DNA of 64,000 bases from Acidimicrobiia bacterium (GTDB taxonomy: Bacteria; Actinomycetota; Acidimicrobiia; Spongiisociales; ZC4RG35): positions 1,664,001 to 1,728,000 of the forward strand of contig OZ244034.1 of assembly GCA_965215185.1 (NCBI GenBank), in the 5' to 3' direction. Below, in pieces: positions 8,427 to 19,152 of this stretch (the stretch's first letter is position 1; each line of letters begins with the position of its first letter). A model generated the notes under the pieces. The model saw only the letters and a list, made by a program, of their open reading frames with translations, searched no databases and had not been told where the DNA came from. Made by a program: the position numbers and the translations under genes.

Positions 8427-8780
8427 TGGTGGAGGTGCGGGGAGTCGAACCCCGGTCCGATGAGTTCTTCGTGTCGAATTCTCCGAGCGCAGCCGCCGGT
8501 GGTTTCTCGGCTCGTGGGATCACGGCAGCTATCTCCCACGGCCCATCCGGTTAACTTGGCCCGGCGGTCCCGGAAGTCCGCCAGGGGCATCCCGCATTAG
8601 CGTCGCCCTGGGCCAACGGGGCGGGAACCCATCGGACAGGACGGGCTACCTATCTATCAGGCAGCCAGCGCCATTTGTGGTTTGGCACTTGTTTGTTTAC
8701 CCAGTTGTTTTACGAGGTACCGGAAACCTCGGCTCGCTTTCGACACGGCGATTACTCAACGTCGAATCCAAGTCACCCCC
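8427..8780 (-). ncRNA. ssrA: tmRNA, tag peptide (A)AKPQMALAA
   Basis: 5' GGGGGTGACTTGGATTCGAC; 3' GGGTTCGACTCCCCGCACCTCCACCA; tag ORF 8657-8686; adjacent to smpB. Confidence 0.97.
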
Positions 8781-8853
8781 ATGGTTTTTTTGTGTTCGTA
8801 GAACTATACAGCCCTGTGGCGACAATCGCCCTTCCCTTTTTGACCTGCCTTGT

Positions 8854-9324
8854 TTAGTACCCTTCCAGGCGGCGACCCACCCTGCGCACTCCCCGTTCCA
8901 TCTCCCGCCGTTCCTCCCGCTCCCTGATTACGTGTCGCTTGTCTACTTTGCTACGTCCCTTGGCCAGGGCCAACTCCATTTTTGCCTTCCCGTCCTTGAA
9001 ATAGAGTCGCAGCGGCACCAGGGTCAAACCCCGCTCGGCCACCCGGGAGGTGATCCGCTCTATCTCCCGGCGGTGCAAGAGGAGCTTTCGAGGCCTGAGG
9101 GGATCATGCCCTCCATCCCGAGCGAAGGCGTATGGGGAGATGTGCATCCCCGTCAACCACACTTCACCCGATTTGATTGTCGCAAACGCCTCGCTGATAG
9201 AACCTCCATGGTTACGGAGGCTTTTAACTTCGGAGCCGACCAGTATCAGGCCAGCCTCAAAAGTCTCCTGCACGTCATAGTCAAATCGGGCCCGTCGGTT
9301 GGTGGCGATCAGTTTCACTCCCAC
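8854..9324 (-). CDS. smpB: SsrA-binding protein
   Basis: IATNRRARFDY, EAGLILVGSEVKSLR, RKLLLHRREI; start approximate. Confidence 0.97.
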   Translation of the reverse strand: MGVKLIATNRRARFDYDVQETFEAGLILVGSEVKSLRNHGGSISEAFATIKSGEVWLTGMHISPYAFARDGGHDPLRPRKLLLHRREIERITSRVAERGLTLVPLRLYFKDGKAKMELALAKGRSKVDKRHVIREREERREMERGVRRVGRRLEGY

Positions 9325-9331
9325 AAGTATG

Positions 9332-10576
9332 TCATCCCTGCAGGTATTTGAGAGGATCCACCGTGCCACCGCTCTCTCGCACCTCGAAGTGAAGATGAGG
9401 CCCGGTACAAAGTCCCGTGCAGCCCATGTATCCAATCACCTCCCCCTCACTGACACTGCGGCCTACCGAGGTCCCTAGACGGGAAAGGTGGGCATAGATG
9501 CTGGTCACATCCCCTCCGTGTTGGAGCACTATGGCGTTTCCGTAGCCGCCCCACGACTGAGCAAGAATCACTCTGCCTTCGGAGGCGGCCCGGATCGGGG
9601 TGCCCGTCGACCCGCCCAGATCCAGGCCGTTGTGAAAAATCCGCCGATTAAGAATGGGATGGGTCCTCCAGCCGTAACGACTGGTGATCGCACCATCCGT
9701 CGGCCACGACATTTTCCCCGGACGAAGGGCCCGCTGCAGGAGCACCTTCCGGTAGATGATCTCTTTGGCCAAGGCGGCGGCGGCCTCCTGCATGCCTTCC
9801 TTCGCCTCCTGGAAAGCGTGGATCTGCACCTGCACACCGGCAACGAGATCCTCCACCACAGACAGCTGGGAAGACGCCTCCAGGCGCAGTCTTTCCACCT
9901 CCCACAAGTCCGCGACCCTCACCTCCCGCTGTTCATCCAATAAGACAAGTTGGTCGGAAGCGGCAGTCTGCTCCTTCTCGAGAAGGGACTCTCTTTCCTC
10001 ACGGTCCTGGTCCAACGCATGCAGGTCACGAATCTCCTGATCAGCCTCGGCCAGCAGGTCCCCTCCGTAGACCCTCCCCAGGGTCAAGTCGATGACATCC
10101 TCCTGCTGAAGCACCGCCCATCTGCCCGCCGAGAAGAATTCCATGTACAGATCCACCGCTCGGCTCTCTATGGCGAGGGTTTTCTCCACTATGTGGGAGC
10201 GAATCGTGGCCAACTGCAGTTCCAGAAGGCCTATCCGGTTCTCCACTGCGGAAAGTCGGCGTTCCCCGGCAGCCACTTCCTCCTCGGCCAGAATCAATCG
10301 GACCCGCGCCGCATCCAAGTCCACCTTCACTTGGGTGAGACGATGGCGGGCGATGTCGACCTCTTCCTCGGTGGCAACCAAGACTTCCAGGTTCACATCT
10401 ACGGACTGCTCTACCTCAGAGATCCCCTCCCGGACACCTTTCAACTCCTCTTCCAGTTCCGCGATCCGCTGGGCGATTTCATCGGCCGTGTCTGCCTCAA
10501 CCGGGATACCGGGGGATAGTGACACGACAATCAACGCCAATACCACCGCCGCCCAACCTCCCCATCCCCTTTTCAC
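9332..10576 (-). CDS. M23 peptidase / murein hydrolase activator with coiled coil
   Basis: Signal peptide, coiled coil, HNGLD and HLHFEVR; follows ftsX; start approximate. Confidence 0.92.
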   Translation of the reverse strand: MKRGWGGWAAVVLALIVVSLSPGIPVEADTADEIAQRIAELEEELKGVREGISEVEQSVDVNLEVLVATEEEVDIARHRLTQVKVDLDAARVRLILAEEEVAAGERRLSAVENRIGLLELQLATIRSHIVEKTLAIESRAVDLYMEFFSAGRWAVLQQEDVIDLTLGRVYGGDLLAEADQEIRDLHALDQDREERESLLEKEQTAASDQLVLLDEQREVRVADLWEVERLRLEASSQLSVVEDLVAGVQVQIHAFQEAKEGMQEAAAALAKEIIYRKVLLQRALRPGKMSWPTDGAITSRYGWRTHPILNRRIFHNGLDLGGSTGTPIRAASEGRVILAQSWGGYGNAIVLQHGGDVTSIYAHLSRLGTSVGRSVSEGEVIGYMGCTGLCTGPHLHFEVRESGGTVDPLKYLQG

Positions 10577-10589
10577 TTGTGACCATCCA

Positions 10590-11486
10590 CTACGAATCAA
10601 CTTCCCGCAGATGCCGACTAAGCCCCAAGAGAGATCCTGCCACACCCACCGTAGCCCCGAACAGCACCAACACCAATCCCCAGCGGAAGAAGAACCTGCC
10701 TGGGATGCTGAGGGTGATCAATTGGATACTTTCTCCCAGGCTGTCGAGATTGCGAGAAGCGACCCAAACGGTTAACACTGCCATGAGAGCCCCGACCATG
10801 CCCTCGATCAAGCCCTCCAAGACGAACGGGACACGGATGAACCAATTGGACGCACCCACCAACTTCATCACAGACACCTCGTTGCGACGGGAGTAGATGG
10901 CGAGGCTGATGGTGTTGGAGATAAGGATCACCGCCGAGAGGCCCAGCACCAACGCCAATCCCCAGCCCAGCAGGTTGAGCACCCGAGAGATGGTTGAGAG
11001 TTGGTCTATCTGCTCCCCGAACGATCTGACTTCCCACACCACCGGATTCGCAGCGAGACGGAACTGGACATCGCGATACAGGTCGATGGTCTGCAGTTCG
11101 ATCCGAAGGGAGGCAGGCAACTTGAGTGGATCGGTCACCTCGATCAATTCTGGACGGGAAGCGAAGATCTCCTTGAACTCCTCATAGGCCGCCGCCTTGT
11201 CGACGTAGTTGACCGTCGCCACCTCTTCCCAAGACTCCACTTCAACCCGATAGGTCATTTGCCCGGCTGCGTCAAGACCGCCCTGGTCGGGATCCTTCAA
11301 AAAGGCGATGATGTGGGTGCCCTGCTGCCATCCGATGGTATTGAGACGCAGTAATTCGTTGACCACCAGTGCTCCGAACGCCAAGGTCAGGGAGATGAAG
11401 ACCGCCAAAACCGCCCCGGTGGCCACCAGGGCATTGCGCCGCAGGTTTACCAGCGACTCCCCTACCAAAAAGATCATCCTGCCCAT
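10590..11486 (-). CDS. ftsX: Cell division permease FtsX
   Basis: NTISLAIYSRRNEVSVMKLVGASNWFIRVPFVLEG. Confidence 0.95.
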   Translation of the reverse strand: MGRMIFLVGESLVNLRRNALVATGAVLAVFISLTLAFGALVVNELLRLNTIGWQQGTHIIAFLKDPDQGGLDAAGQMTYRVEVESWEEVATVNYVDKAAAYEEFKEIFASRPELIEVTDPLKLPASLRIELQTIDLYRDVQFRLAANPVVWEVRSFGEQIDQLSTISRVLNLLGWGLALVLGLSAVILISNTISLAIYSRRNEVSVMKLVGASNWFIRVPFVLEGLIEGMVGALMAVLTVWVASRNLDSLGESIQLITLSIPGRFFFRWGLVLVLFGATVGVAGSLLGLSRHLREVDS

Positions 11487-11498
11487 GGAAGTTCGCCT

Positions 11499-12284
11499 CT
11501 AAAGCTCCGACCGAGCGGCGCCGGAATCACCGGAGCCCGGCGCCGCTGGCGTGTCCGATGCGGAAGGAGGGGTGGAGTCCGGAATATCGGAATCCGTGGC
11601 CTCCTCGAATCCGCCTACCTTCTCGTCCCGCACTATTGCGCCCGCATCGATGGCCACCACCCGGCGCCTCATGGCGTTGACGATGGCATGATCGTGGGTG
11701 GCCATCACCACGGTGGTGCCAGAGCGGTTGATGCGATCCAGGATTCTCATGATCCCCACCGAGGTGGAGGGATCGAGGTTCCCGGTGGGTTCGTCGGCTA
11801 ACAGGATCAGGGGACGGTTTACAAAGGCTCTGGCGATGGAGACCCGCTGCTGCTCTCCCCCCGAGAGCTGATCAGGGTACCGGGCGCCCAGTTCTTCGAG
11901 TCCCACCAACTCCAGGACCTGATCAACTTGGGATCGGATCGCCGATCGGGGCCGGCCTATTACTTCTAAAGCGAACGCTACGTTTTCCGCAACGGTCTTG
12001 GTGGACAGCAGCTTGAAGTCCTGAAAGACGGTGCCCATTGATCGGCGTAGAAAAGGCACCTTCCATCCCGGAAGGCGGGTTATGTCTTTTCCCGCAACCC
12101 AGATCCTCCCCCGGGTGACCATCTCCTGGCGAAGCAACAATCGGACTAGCGTGGATTTTCCCGACCCGGAGGGGCCAACCAGAAACACGAACTCGCCTCG
12201 GCGGATGTTGAGGGAGACATCGCGGGCTGCCACGGTACCACCTTTATACACCTTTGTGACAGAATCAAGCCTGATCAAAACCAA
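11499..12284 (-). CDS. ftsE: Cell division ATP-binding protein FtsE
   Basis: [36 protein letters not shown]. Confidence 0.96.
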   Translation of the reverse strand: MVLIRLDSVTKVYKGGTVAARDVSLNIRRGEFVFLVGPSGSGKSTLVRLLLRQEMVTRGRIWVAGKDITRLPGWKVPFLRRSMGTVFQDFKLLSTKTVAENVAFALEVIGRPRSAIRSQVDQVLELVGLEELGARYPDQLSGGEQQRVSIARAFVNRPLILLADEPTGNLDPSTSVGIMRILDRINRSGTTVVMATHDHAIVNAMRRRVVAIDAGAIVRDEKVGGFEEATDSDIPDSTPPSASDTPAAPGSGDSGAARSEL

Positions 12285-12355
12285 CTCTCCGACGGCTCAG
12301 GGAAGGGGCCTACCAACTGGCCAAAAATGATGCTACCACTCACAGGGACCAATAC

Positions 12356-13517
12356 TCAGGATCCCTTCTCAGAGAGAGTCCCCGTGCGGGATCGGCGCTC
12401 ATGGTTGGCACGCCGCCACTGCAGATAGGACTCCACCAGTGGCCCGATATCACCATTTAGGACCCGATGGACATCTCCGATTTCCAATCCGGTACGGATA
12501 TCTTTACATAGCTGAAAGGGCTGAAGGACATAAGACCTGATTTGTCGTCCCCATCCTGCTTCTCCCTGCTCTCCCCGGATGGCGTCTAGTTCGGCCTGGT
12601 GCTCTCGGCGGGACAACTCGGCCAGTCGGGAACGAAGAATATCCATGGCGCGGGAGCGATTCTGCAACTGAGAGCGCTCGTTCTGACACTGAACCACCAC
12701 CCCGGTGGGAAGGTGGGTGATGCGCACGGCCGAGTCGGTGGTGTTCACATGCTGTCCACCGGCCCCGGTGGATCGGTAGGTGTCGATGCGCAGATCGTCA
12801 TCATTGATCTGTATCTTCGACTCCTTTCCCATCTCTGGTGAGACATCCACACCGGCAAAAGAAGTATGTCGGCGGCTTTGGGAGTCGAAAGGGGAAATCC
12901 GCACCAATCGATGCACTCCTCGCTCCGATTCCAGATTTCCGTAGACTCTCTCCCCGCTGACCGTCAGGGTGGCCGACTTGATACCGGCCTCTTCCCCGGG
13001 CGTGATTTGAATCAAATCCCACCGATAGCCCCGGTCGGAGAGATAGCGCTGGTACATACGCATGAGCATTTCGGCCCAATCCTGGGCGTCCACTCCACCC
13101 GCTCCGGCATGGACGCTGAGAATGGCCGGATAGTCGTCGTACTCCCCGAAATAGAGGCTGGAGATTTCCAACTCCCCCAGAATGGATTCGGCGATACGCA
13201 ATTCGCCGGAGGCCTCCTCCAGAGCCTCATCGGCGCCCGCTCCTCCTTCATCAGCCATTCCCAGGAGCACCTCGGCGTCGTCCAGACGCTGGGCGAGACC
13301 GTCGAAAGCCGCGATCAGGCTTTCGTGTCCGGCTATGCGGCGACCGATCTCCCGAGCGCGTTCGGGGTCTGACCAGAATCCGGGAGCGGCCGAGGCGCGG
13401 TGTAACAGGATCGCCTCTGATCTCTTCTGGTCGAGGTCAAAGGAACCTCCCGGCTTCGTCCAGACGGAAACGTAATTCGGCGAGGATCGCCTCGGGGTCG
13501 AAGTGCTCTATAGACAT
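12356..13517 (-). CDS. prfB: Peptide chain release factor 2 with programmed +1 frameshift
   Basis: GGQ and SPF motifs; ATG at 13517; CTT TGA C at 13436-13442 preceded by GGGAGG. Confidence 0.96.
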
Positions 13518-13590
13518 AATCAGGCTTCTGGGTTGCTTGGTGGTGGCCGAACAACAAGGCTAACCCGACCACAGGCCCTTCCGGTTGCCT

Positions 13591-16206
13591 TTATGCCTTG
13601 GTCGCTACTTGGTTTCCATGGCAGCGCTTGAACTTTTTGCCGCTGCCGCATGGACAGGGGGTGTTGCGCCCCACTTTGGGGCCCCGCACCCGAGCCGAGC
13701 GTTGAGGTTGGGGAACGGCTGGGACCGCGGGGCGGGAGGGCTTGGTCGCCTTGACGTGAAAGAGGTAGCGAACCGCGTCCCGTTTAATGGAGTCCACCAT
13801 CTCCGCGAAGAGATCGTAAGCCTCCCGCTGGTATTCGGTAAGTGGGTCCCTCTGACCCATCGCCCTAAGGCCTATGCCCGAGCGCAGGTAGTCCATCTCG
13901 GCCAGGTGTTCTCGCCATTTGTGGTCTATAACCGAGAGCATCACCGAACGTTCCACCGCCGCGACGACCCGCGGACCCAATTCCTCCACCTTCTGGCGGT
14001 AAGCTTCCCGCGCCTCTTCCAGGGCCATCTCGGCGACCTGTTCCGAGGTGAGCCTTGTTTTTCCTCCGTTGGGGGACAGTTGGCTTGGGTAGTAGATCTC
14101 AAGTTCGCTGTTGAGTTTCTCCCAATCCCATTCGCCGGGCGCTAGAGCACCGAACTCTCCGGACACCACCCCGCCGATGGTCTCCTCCATCCATCTGCCC
14201 ATCAACCCGCCGGTCTCCTTGTTCACGAGGATCTCATTTCGCCATGCATAGATCCGCTCTCGCTGGCGGTTGATCACCTCGTCGTATTTGAGTACGTTCT
14301 TTCGGATCTCGAAGTTCTGCGCTTCCACCTGCCGCTGGGCTCTCTCCACCGCCCCGGTGACCATCTTGTGCTCGATGGGCACCTCGTCGGGGATTTTGAG
14401 CCTGTCCATGATCGACGCCACCCGTTCCCCCTGAAAACGACGCATCAGGTCGTCCTCCAATGACAGGAAAAACCGGGTGCGGCCCGGATCGCCCTGCCGG
14501 CCTGACCGGCCCCGCAACTGGTTGTCGATCCGGCGTGACTCGTGCCGCTCGGTTCCCAATACCAGCAAACCCCCGGCGCTGAGCACTTTCTGCCGATCCT
14601 CGGCGAGGTCTTCTTGAAATTCGGCGGCCATCTCCCGATAGCGCAGTTCGTAGTTGGGGTCTTGGAGGTCTACTCCGGCTCTGCGCAGATGCAACCGGGC
14701 CAGCGACTCGTGGTTGCCTCCCAACATGATGTCCACTCCCCTGCCCGCCATATTGGTGGCGACCGTCACCGCGCCGGGCCGACCGGCTTGGGCGATGATG
14801 TCTGCTTCACGGGCGTGATGTTTGGCGTTGAGCACTTCGTGGGGGATGCCCCGACGGGTCAGCGAGGTAGATAGACGCTCGGAGTTTTCGATGGAGACGG
14901 TGCCCAACAGCACCGGCTGTCCTCGCTCGTGGGCTTCGGCTACCTCCTCCACAACGGTGTGGTATTTGGCGCTCTCCGTTTTGTATACCTGGTCTCCCTG
15001 ATCGTCGCGGACCACCGGTTGGTTGGTGGGGATGCTTACCACCTCCAGGTTGTAAATCTGGGCAAGTTCGGGCGCCTCGGTCACAGCGGTCCCGGTCATG
15101 CCAGACAGTTTCTCGTACATGCGAAAGTAGTTCTGCAAGGTGATCGTGGCCAGCGTCTGGTTCTCATCGAGGATTCTCACTCCCTCCTTGGCCTCGATGG
15201 CCTGATGGAGCCCTTCCGAATAGCGACGGCCTTCCAGCACCCGCCCGGTGAATTCGTCCACGATCTTCACCTGTCCGCGATCGAGGAGGTATTCCTGGTC
15301 CCGGTGGTAGAGTTCCTTGGCTCTCAGCGCCGTTTCCAAATAGCTGACAAAATCCACCGCCGCTTGGTCGTAGAGGTTTTCCACCCCCAGGAACTCCTCC
15401 ACCTGAGTAACCCCCTCCTCGGTGGTCAGCACCTGTCTTTTACCCTCGTCCACCTCGTAATGGATGTCCCTGTGCAGCCGGGTGGAGATCCGGGCAAAGT
15501 CCCGGTACCACTTGGCGCTGTCGGACACCCGGCCCGAGATGATTAGTGGAGTCCGAGCCTCGTCGATGAGGATTGAGTCGACTTCGTCCACGATGCCGTA
15601 GTTATGCCCCCGCTGCACCATGTTGTCAGGACTCATCGACATGTTGTCCCGCAGGTAGTCGAAGCCAAACTCGTTGTTGGTCCCGTAAGTGATGTCACAC
15701 CGGTAGGCGGGACGGCGTTCGGCCGGAGACATGGAAGACTGGATAAGGCCTATTTCCATACCCAGGAACCGATGCACAGAGCCCATCCACTCCGCATCCC
15801 GGGCAGCCAGGTAGTCGTTGACCGTTACCAAATGAACGCCCCGGCCGCTCAGGGCATTCAGGTAGGCAGGCATGGTGGAAACCAGGGTCTTCCCCTCGCC
15901 GGTTTTCATCTCGGCGACTTTCCCCTCATGAAGGGCCCCCGCCCCCACTATCTGCACGTCATAGGGCCGCTGGCCCAGCACTCGGCGGGCGACTTCCCGC
16001 ACCACTGCAAACGCCTCGGGCATCAGGTCGTTGAGGCTTTCGCCTCGTTCAATTCTTTGTCGAAATTGGCCCGTCTTGGCGGAAAGCTCCGCGTCGGAGA
16101 GGCGCTCGGTTGCGCCTTCCAACGCGTTCACTCGCTGCGCCAAACCGGTTAGACGCTTGAGTGAACGGCTTTCCCCTGCCTTGAGAACCTTGCTGAGCAT
16201 TCCCAT
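13591..16206 (-). CDS. secA: Preprotein translocase SecA
   Basis: [28 protein letters not shown]-terminal [13 protein letters not shown]. Confidence 0.99.
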   Translation of the reverse strand: MGMLSKVLKAGESRSLKRLTGLAQRVNALEGATERLSDAELSAKTGQFRQRIERGESLNDLMPEAFAVVREVARRVLGQRPYDVQIVGAGALHEGKVAEMKTGEGKTLVSTMPAYLNALSGRGVHLVTVNDYLAARDAEWMGSVHRFLGMEIGLIQSSMSPAERRPAYRCDITYGTNNEFGFDYLRDNMSMSPDNMVQRGHNYGIVDEVDSILIDEARTPLIISGRVSDSAKWYRDFARISTRLHRDIHYEVDEGKRQVLTTEEGVTQVEEFLGVENLYDQAAVDFVSYLETALRAKELYHRDQEYLLDRGQVKIVDEFTGRVLEGRRYSEGLHQAIEAKEGVRILDENQTLATITLQNYFRMYEKLSGMTGTAVTEAPELAQIYNLEVVSIPTNQPVVRDDQGDQVYKTESAKYHTVVEEVAEAHERGQPVLLGTVSIENSERLSTSLTRRGIPHEVLNAKHHAREADIIAQAGRPGAVTVATNMAGRGVDIMLGGNHESLARLHLRRAGVDLQDPNYELRYREMAAEFQEDLAEDRQKVLSAGGLLVLGTERHESRRIDNQLRGRSGRQGDPGRTRFFLSLEDDLMRRFQGERVASIMDRLKIPDEVPIEHKMVTGAVERAQRQVEAQNFEIRKNVLKYDEVINRQRERIYAWRNEILVNKETGGLMGRWMEETIGGVVSGEFGALAPGEWDWEKLNSELEIYYPSQLSPNGGKTRLTSEQVAEMALEEAREAYRQKVEELGPRVVAAVERSVMLSVIDHKWREHLAEMDYLRSGIGLRAMGQRDPLTEYQREAYDLFAEMVDSIKRDAVRYLFHVKATKPSRPAVPAVPQPQRSARVRGPKVGRNTPCPCGSGKKFKRCHGNQVATKA

Positions 16207-16267
16207 CCGATAACCAATGTTATCTCGCCCGAAGAATTATGCGGGAGCAATTGCCCCCGACCCATCC

Positions 16268-16798
16268 TCAGCCCTGTGACTCAATGAGACCCAACCGACC
16301 ATCGCGTCGACGGTATAGAACGCTGTGGCAGTTGTTGGTGGAATTGAGGAAAAAGAAGAAATCGTGGCCCAGCATCTCCATCTGCAACTGTGCCTCGGCC
16401 ACATTCATCGGCTTGATTATGAACCTTTTCACCCGCACTATCTCATCGGCTTCCGGCTCCAGGGTCGCTGGCGGCATCGATCCGGTGTGACGAGTTCGGT
16501 CTATCACCTTTGTTTTGAGCCGGCGGACGCGGCGGGTGAAACGGTCGGTGGCGGAGTCAAGCGCCGTCACCGGGGTGGGGGCGGCCGCCTCCGCTCGAAT
16601 CGTTCTGCCTAGTGCCTGGCCGGTCAATTCGACGCGAAAACGCGCTTCCGCCAATCGGGGATTGGTTTCCCGGATGATCTCCACGTCTACCGACTTGAGA
16701 TCGGAGAACACCCGCGCGGCCCGGTTCACCTTATCGGACACGGTTTGACGGAAGCCTGGGGTCAATTCCGTGTTCCGGGAGCTGAGTCTTATCTCCAC
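16268..16798 (-). CDS. hpf: Ribosome hibernation promoting factor (long HPF)
   Basis: IVRVKRF...AQLQMEMLGHDFFFF...VLYRRRDG; lies between comF and secA. Confidence 0.93.
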   Translation of the reverse strand: MEIRLSSRNTELTPGFRQTVSDKVNRAARVFSDLKSVDVEIIRETNPRLAEARFRVELTGQALGRTIRAEAAAPTPVTALDSATDRFTRRVRRLKTKVIDRTRHTGSMPPATLEPEADEIVRVKRFIIKPMNVAEAQLQMEMLGHDFFFFLNSTNNCHSVLYRRRDGRLGLIESQG

Positions 16799-16852
16799 TA
16801 TTGAGATCCCTTTTCTTAGGTGAGCACCTAAAGAGTAGCCCGTCCAACCCCT

Positions 16853-17422
16853 CTAGGAAGGACATCTAGGGGAACAGGTTGCGGTCACCGCCGTCTCCAC
16901 CCGGGATGTACCCAGCGTCGCCACGGCGGCTTCCAGGGTCATTCCGGTGGTGATCACATCGTCGACCAGCACCAAACCTTGCGGCGGAATCCATCGGCGG
17001 TGAAACCGCGGGACGGTGCGGACCGAGCGGCTCAGCCCGGTGTTGGCTGCGCCCCACAGGCGGGGGCCCAGCATATGGCATAGCTCATGGCCCGAGCGTC
17101 GGGAAAGCGCCTGCGCCAAAAGCAGGCCCGGGTCGGACCGGTATTTCAGACGGCGCGAGTAGATGCGGGGTATGGGGCCCAGCACCGAAGCGTCTGCGAG
17201 CAGCAGAGGCGCCATCACGGCCGCCAGCACTTCGGCTGCCTCCGGGCACAACCCTGGTATTTGAGGCGCAGCACCAACTGACGCCGCCGCCCGGTGTAAC
17301 AGACCCGAGGACACTCTCGTCCCCGAGTCCAACCTTCTTTGGGGCGGCGGTCTCATGGTGTGAACGCATGCCGGGCAAACAAACGATTCGCTGCTGGCAC
17401 GACAGGAAAGACACCAGATCAT
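16853..17422 (-). CDS. comF: ComF-family phosphoribosyltransferase-like protein (contains paired indels)
   Basis: N-terminal CxxC...CxxC; LVDDVITTGMTL; the LKY segment lies in another frame. Confidence 0.8.
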   Translation of the reverse strand: MIWCLSCRASSESFVCPACVHTMRPPPQRRLDSGTRVSSGLLHRAAASVGAAPQIPGLCPEAAEVLAAVMAPLLLADASVLGPIPRIYSRRLKYRSDPGLLLAQALSRRSGHELCHMLGPRLWGAANTGLSRSVRTVPRFHRRWIPPQGLVLVDDVITTGMTLEAAVATLGTSRVETAVTATCSPRCPS

Positions 17423-17514
17423 GTTGCCAATCTGATCTCTGCCTGTGACACACCGGCCCTCGGCGCTTCACCCACGCCGGCTAAGCCTGCTGCAACGGAG
17501 CCCAATGCGGGCTG

Positions 17515-19152
17515 CTACACCACCACTATCTCGACCAGCACCACCGGCCGCTGGCGTGTCTCGCTTCTCACCACCCGGGCCACGGTCCTTCTCGCCACCG
17601 CCCGCAGATGGCCCGGATCGGTCAAACCGTCCGCTACCCGCGCCGCTACCAATTCCGCCAGTTCGCTAACGGCCATATCCAACACCGCCACCGGGTCGTC
17701 CACCAGGCCCCGGCTCTCGATAGAGGGCTCGGAAACCAATTCGCCGGTCTCCCGGTCGGTCACCAGGGTCACCGTGACCACCCCGGCCTCGGATAGGCGG
17801 CCGCGATCCCGAAGCGCCCGGGTCTGCACCTCGCCCAGTGAGGATCCATCCAAGAACACATAGTCGGCTTCCACCACCCCGCGCTCCACCCACAGATCGT
17901 CTCCTTCCATCACCACCCGGTCTCCATCCTCCAAGACCTTGATCTGTTCCACCCCCACTTGTTCTGCCAATCGGGCATGAGCATGCAGGTGCCGGTACTC
18001 ACCGTGCACGGGCACAAAGGCCTCCGGTCGCACCAGTCGAAGCATGACCGCCAACTCGTCACGGGCGGCGTGTCCCGAGACATGTACTGGCGAGTTGAGC
18101 CCGTGAAACACCTCCGCTCCCAGGCGGAGCATGCCCGACACCAATTTGGAGACGGCCTTTTCGTTTCCGGGAACCGGGGTGGCGCTGATCAATACCGTGT
18201 CCCCATTTTGCAAAGAGAACTGACGGTGTGTCCCGTTGGACATGCGGGTCAGCGCCGAGAAGGGCTCCCCCTGACTGCCCGTGGCGATGAGCATCTGTTG
18301 TGAAACGGGGAGCCTGAGCAGCTCGGCGACAGTGACAATATGCTCTTCGGGCAACCAAAGCGCATCCAGTTCGGAGGCAATGCGGCTATTTCGCAGCATC
18401 GATCGGCCCGCCAGTGCTATTTTGCGGCCCGCTGCCACTCCCGCGTTGACGATCTGCTGCACCCGGTGAATGTGGGAGGAGAAACATGCGGCAAGCACCC
18501 GCCCTTCGGCGGCGGCGACGATGTCGGCGATGGGTTTGGACAATGATCCCTCGGAGGGCACGAATCCCGCCCGCTCGGCGTTGGTGCTGTCCCCCAGGTA
18601 CAGCCGCACTCCCCGATCACCGAATTCCGCCAGGGCCCCCAAGTCGGTGGCCCGGTTGTCGATGGGAGTCGGGTCAAGCTTGAAGTCCCCGGAGTGGAGT
18701 ATCACCCCCTCGGGAGTGTCGAATGCCAACGCCACCGCATCGGGAATGGAGTGACAGACCGGGATCAAGGTGAAATAGAAGGGCCAGTGGTCGATCTCCT
18801 CCCCGGTGGGGACCGGGCGAAGATCCGGAACCACCCCCAGTTCTTTGATCCGCTCTCCGGCTATTCGCAAAGAAAGCTCTGTCCCATAAACAGGAACGTT
18901 CACCTGCTGCAGAAAATACCCCAGCGCTCCCACATGGTCCTCGTGACCATGCGTCAACACCACGCATTCCACATCCTCAGACCTCTCCACCACCCAGGAC
19001 CAGTCGGGGAAAACCAGATCCACTCCCAGCATGTCGGCCTCCGGAAACATCAGTCCACAGTCGATCAGACAGATCTTTCCCTCCACCTCCAGGGCAGCAC
19101 AGTTGCGTCCGACCTCACCCAACCCCCCAAGGAACGTGATTTGTACGCTCAC
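17515..19152 (-). CDS. rnj: Ribonuclease J
   Basis: FLGGLGEVGRN, THGHEDHVG, HVSGHA, PVHGEYRH; GTG start overlaps the dapA stop. Confidence 0.97.
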   Translation of the reverse strand: MSVQITFLGGLGEVGRNCAALEVEGKICLIDCGLMFPEADMLGVDLVFPDWSWVVERSEDVECVVLTHGHEDHVGALGYFLQQVNVPVYGTELSLRIAGERIKELGVVPDLRPVPTGEEIDHWPFYFTLIPVCHSIPDAVALAFDTPEGVILHSGDFKLDPTPIDNRATDLGALAEFGDRGVRLYLGDSTNAERAGFVPSEGSLSKPIADIVAAAEGRVLAACFSSHIHRVQQIVNAGVAAGRKIALAGRSMLRNSRIASELDALWLPEEHIVTVAELLRLPVSQQMLIATGSQGEPFSALTRMSNGTHRQFSLQNGDTVLISATPVPGNEKAVSKLVSGMLRLGAEVFHGLNSPVHVSGHAARDELAVMLRLVRPEAFVPVHGEYRHLHAHARLAEQVGVEQIKVLEDGDRVVMEGDDLWVERGVVEADYVFLDGSSLGEVQTRALRDRGRLSEAGVVTVTLVTDRETGELVSEPSIESRGLVDDPVAVLDMAVSELAELVAARVADGLTDPGHLRAVARRTVARVVRSETRQRPVVLVEIVVV

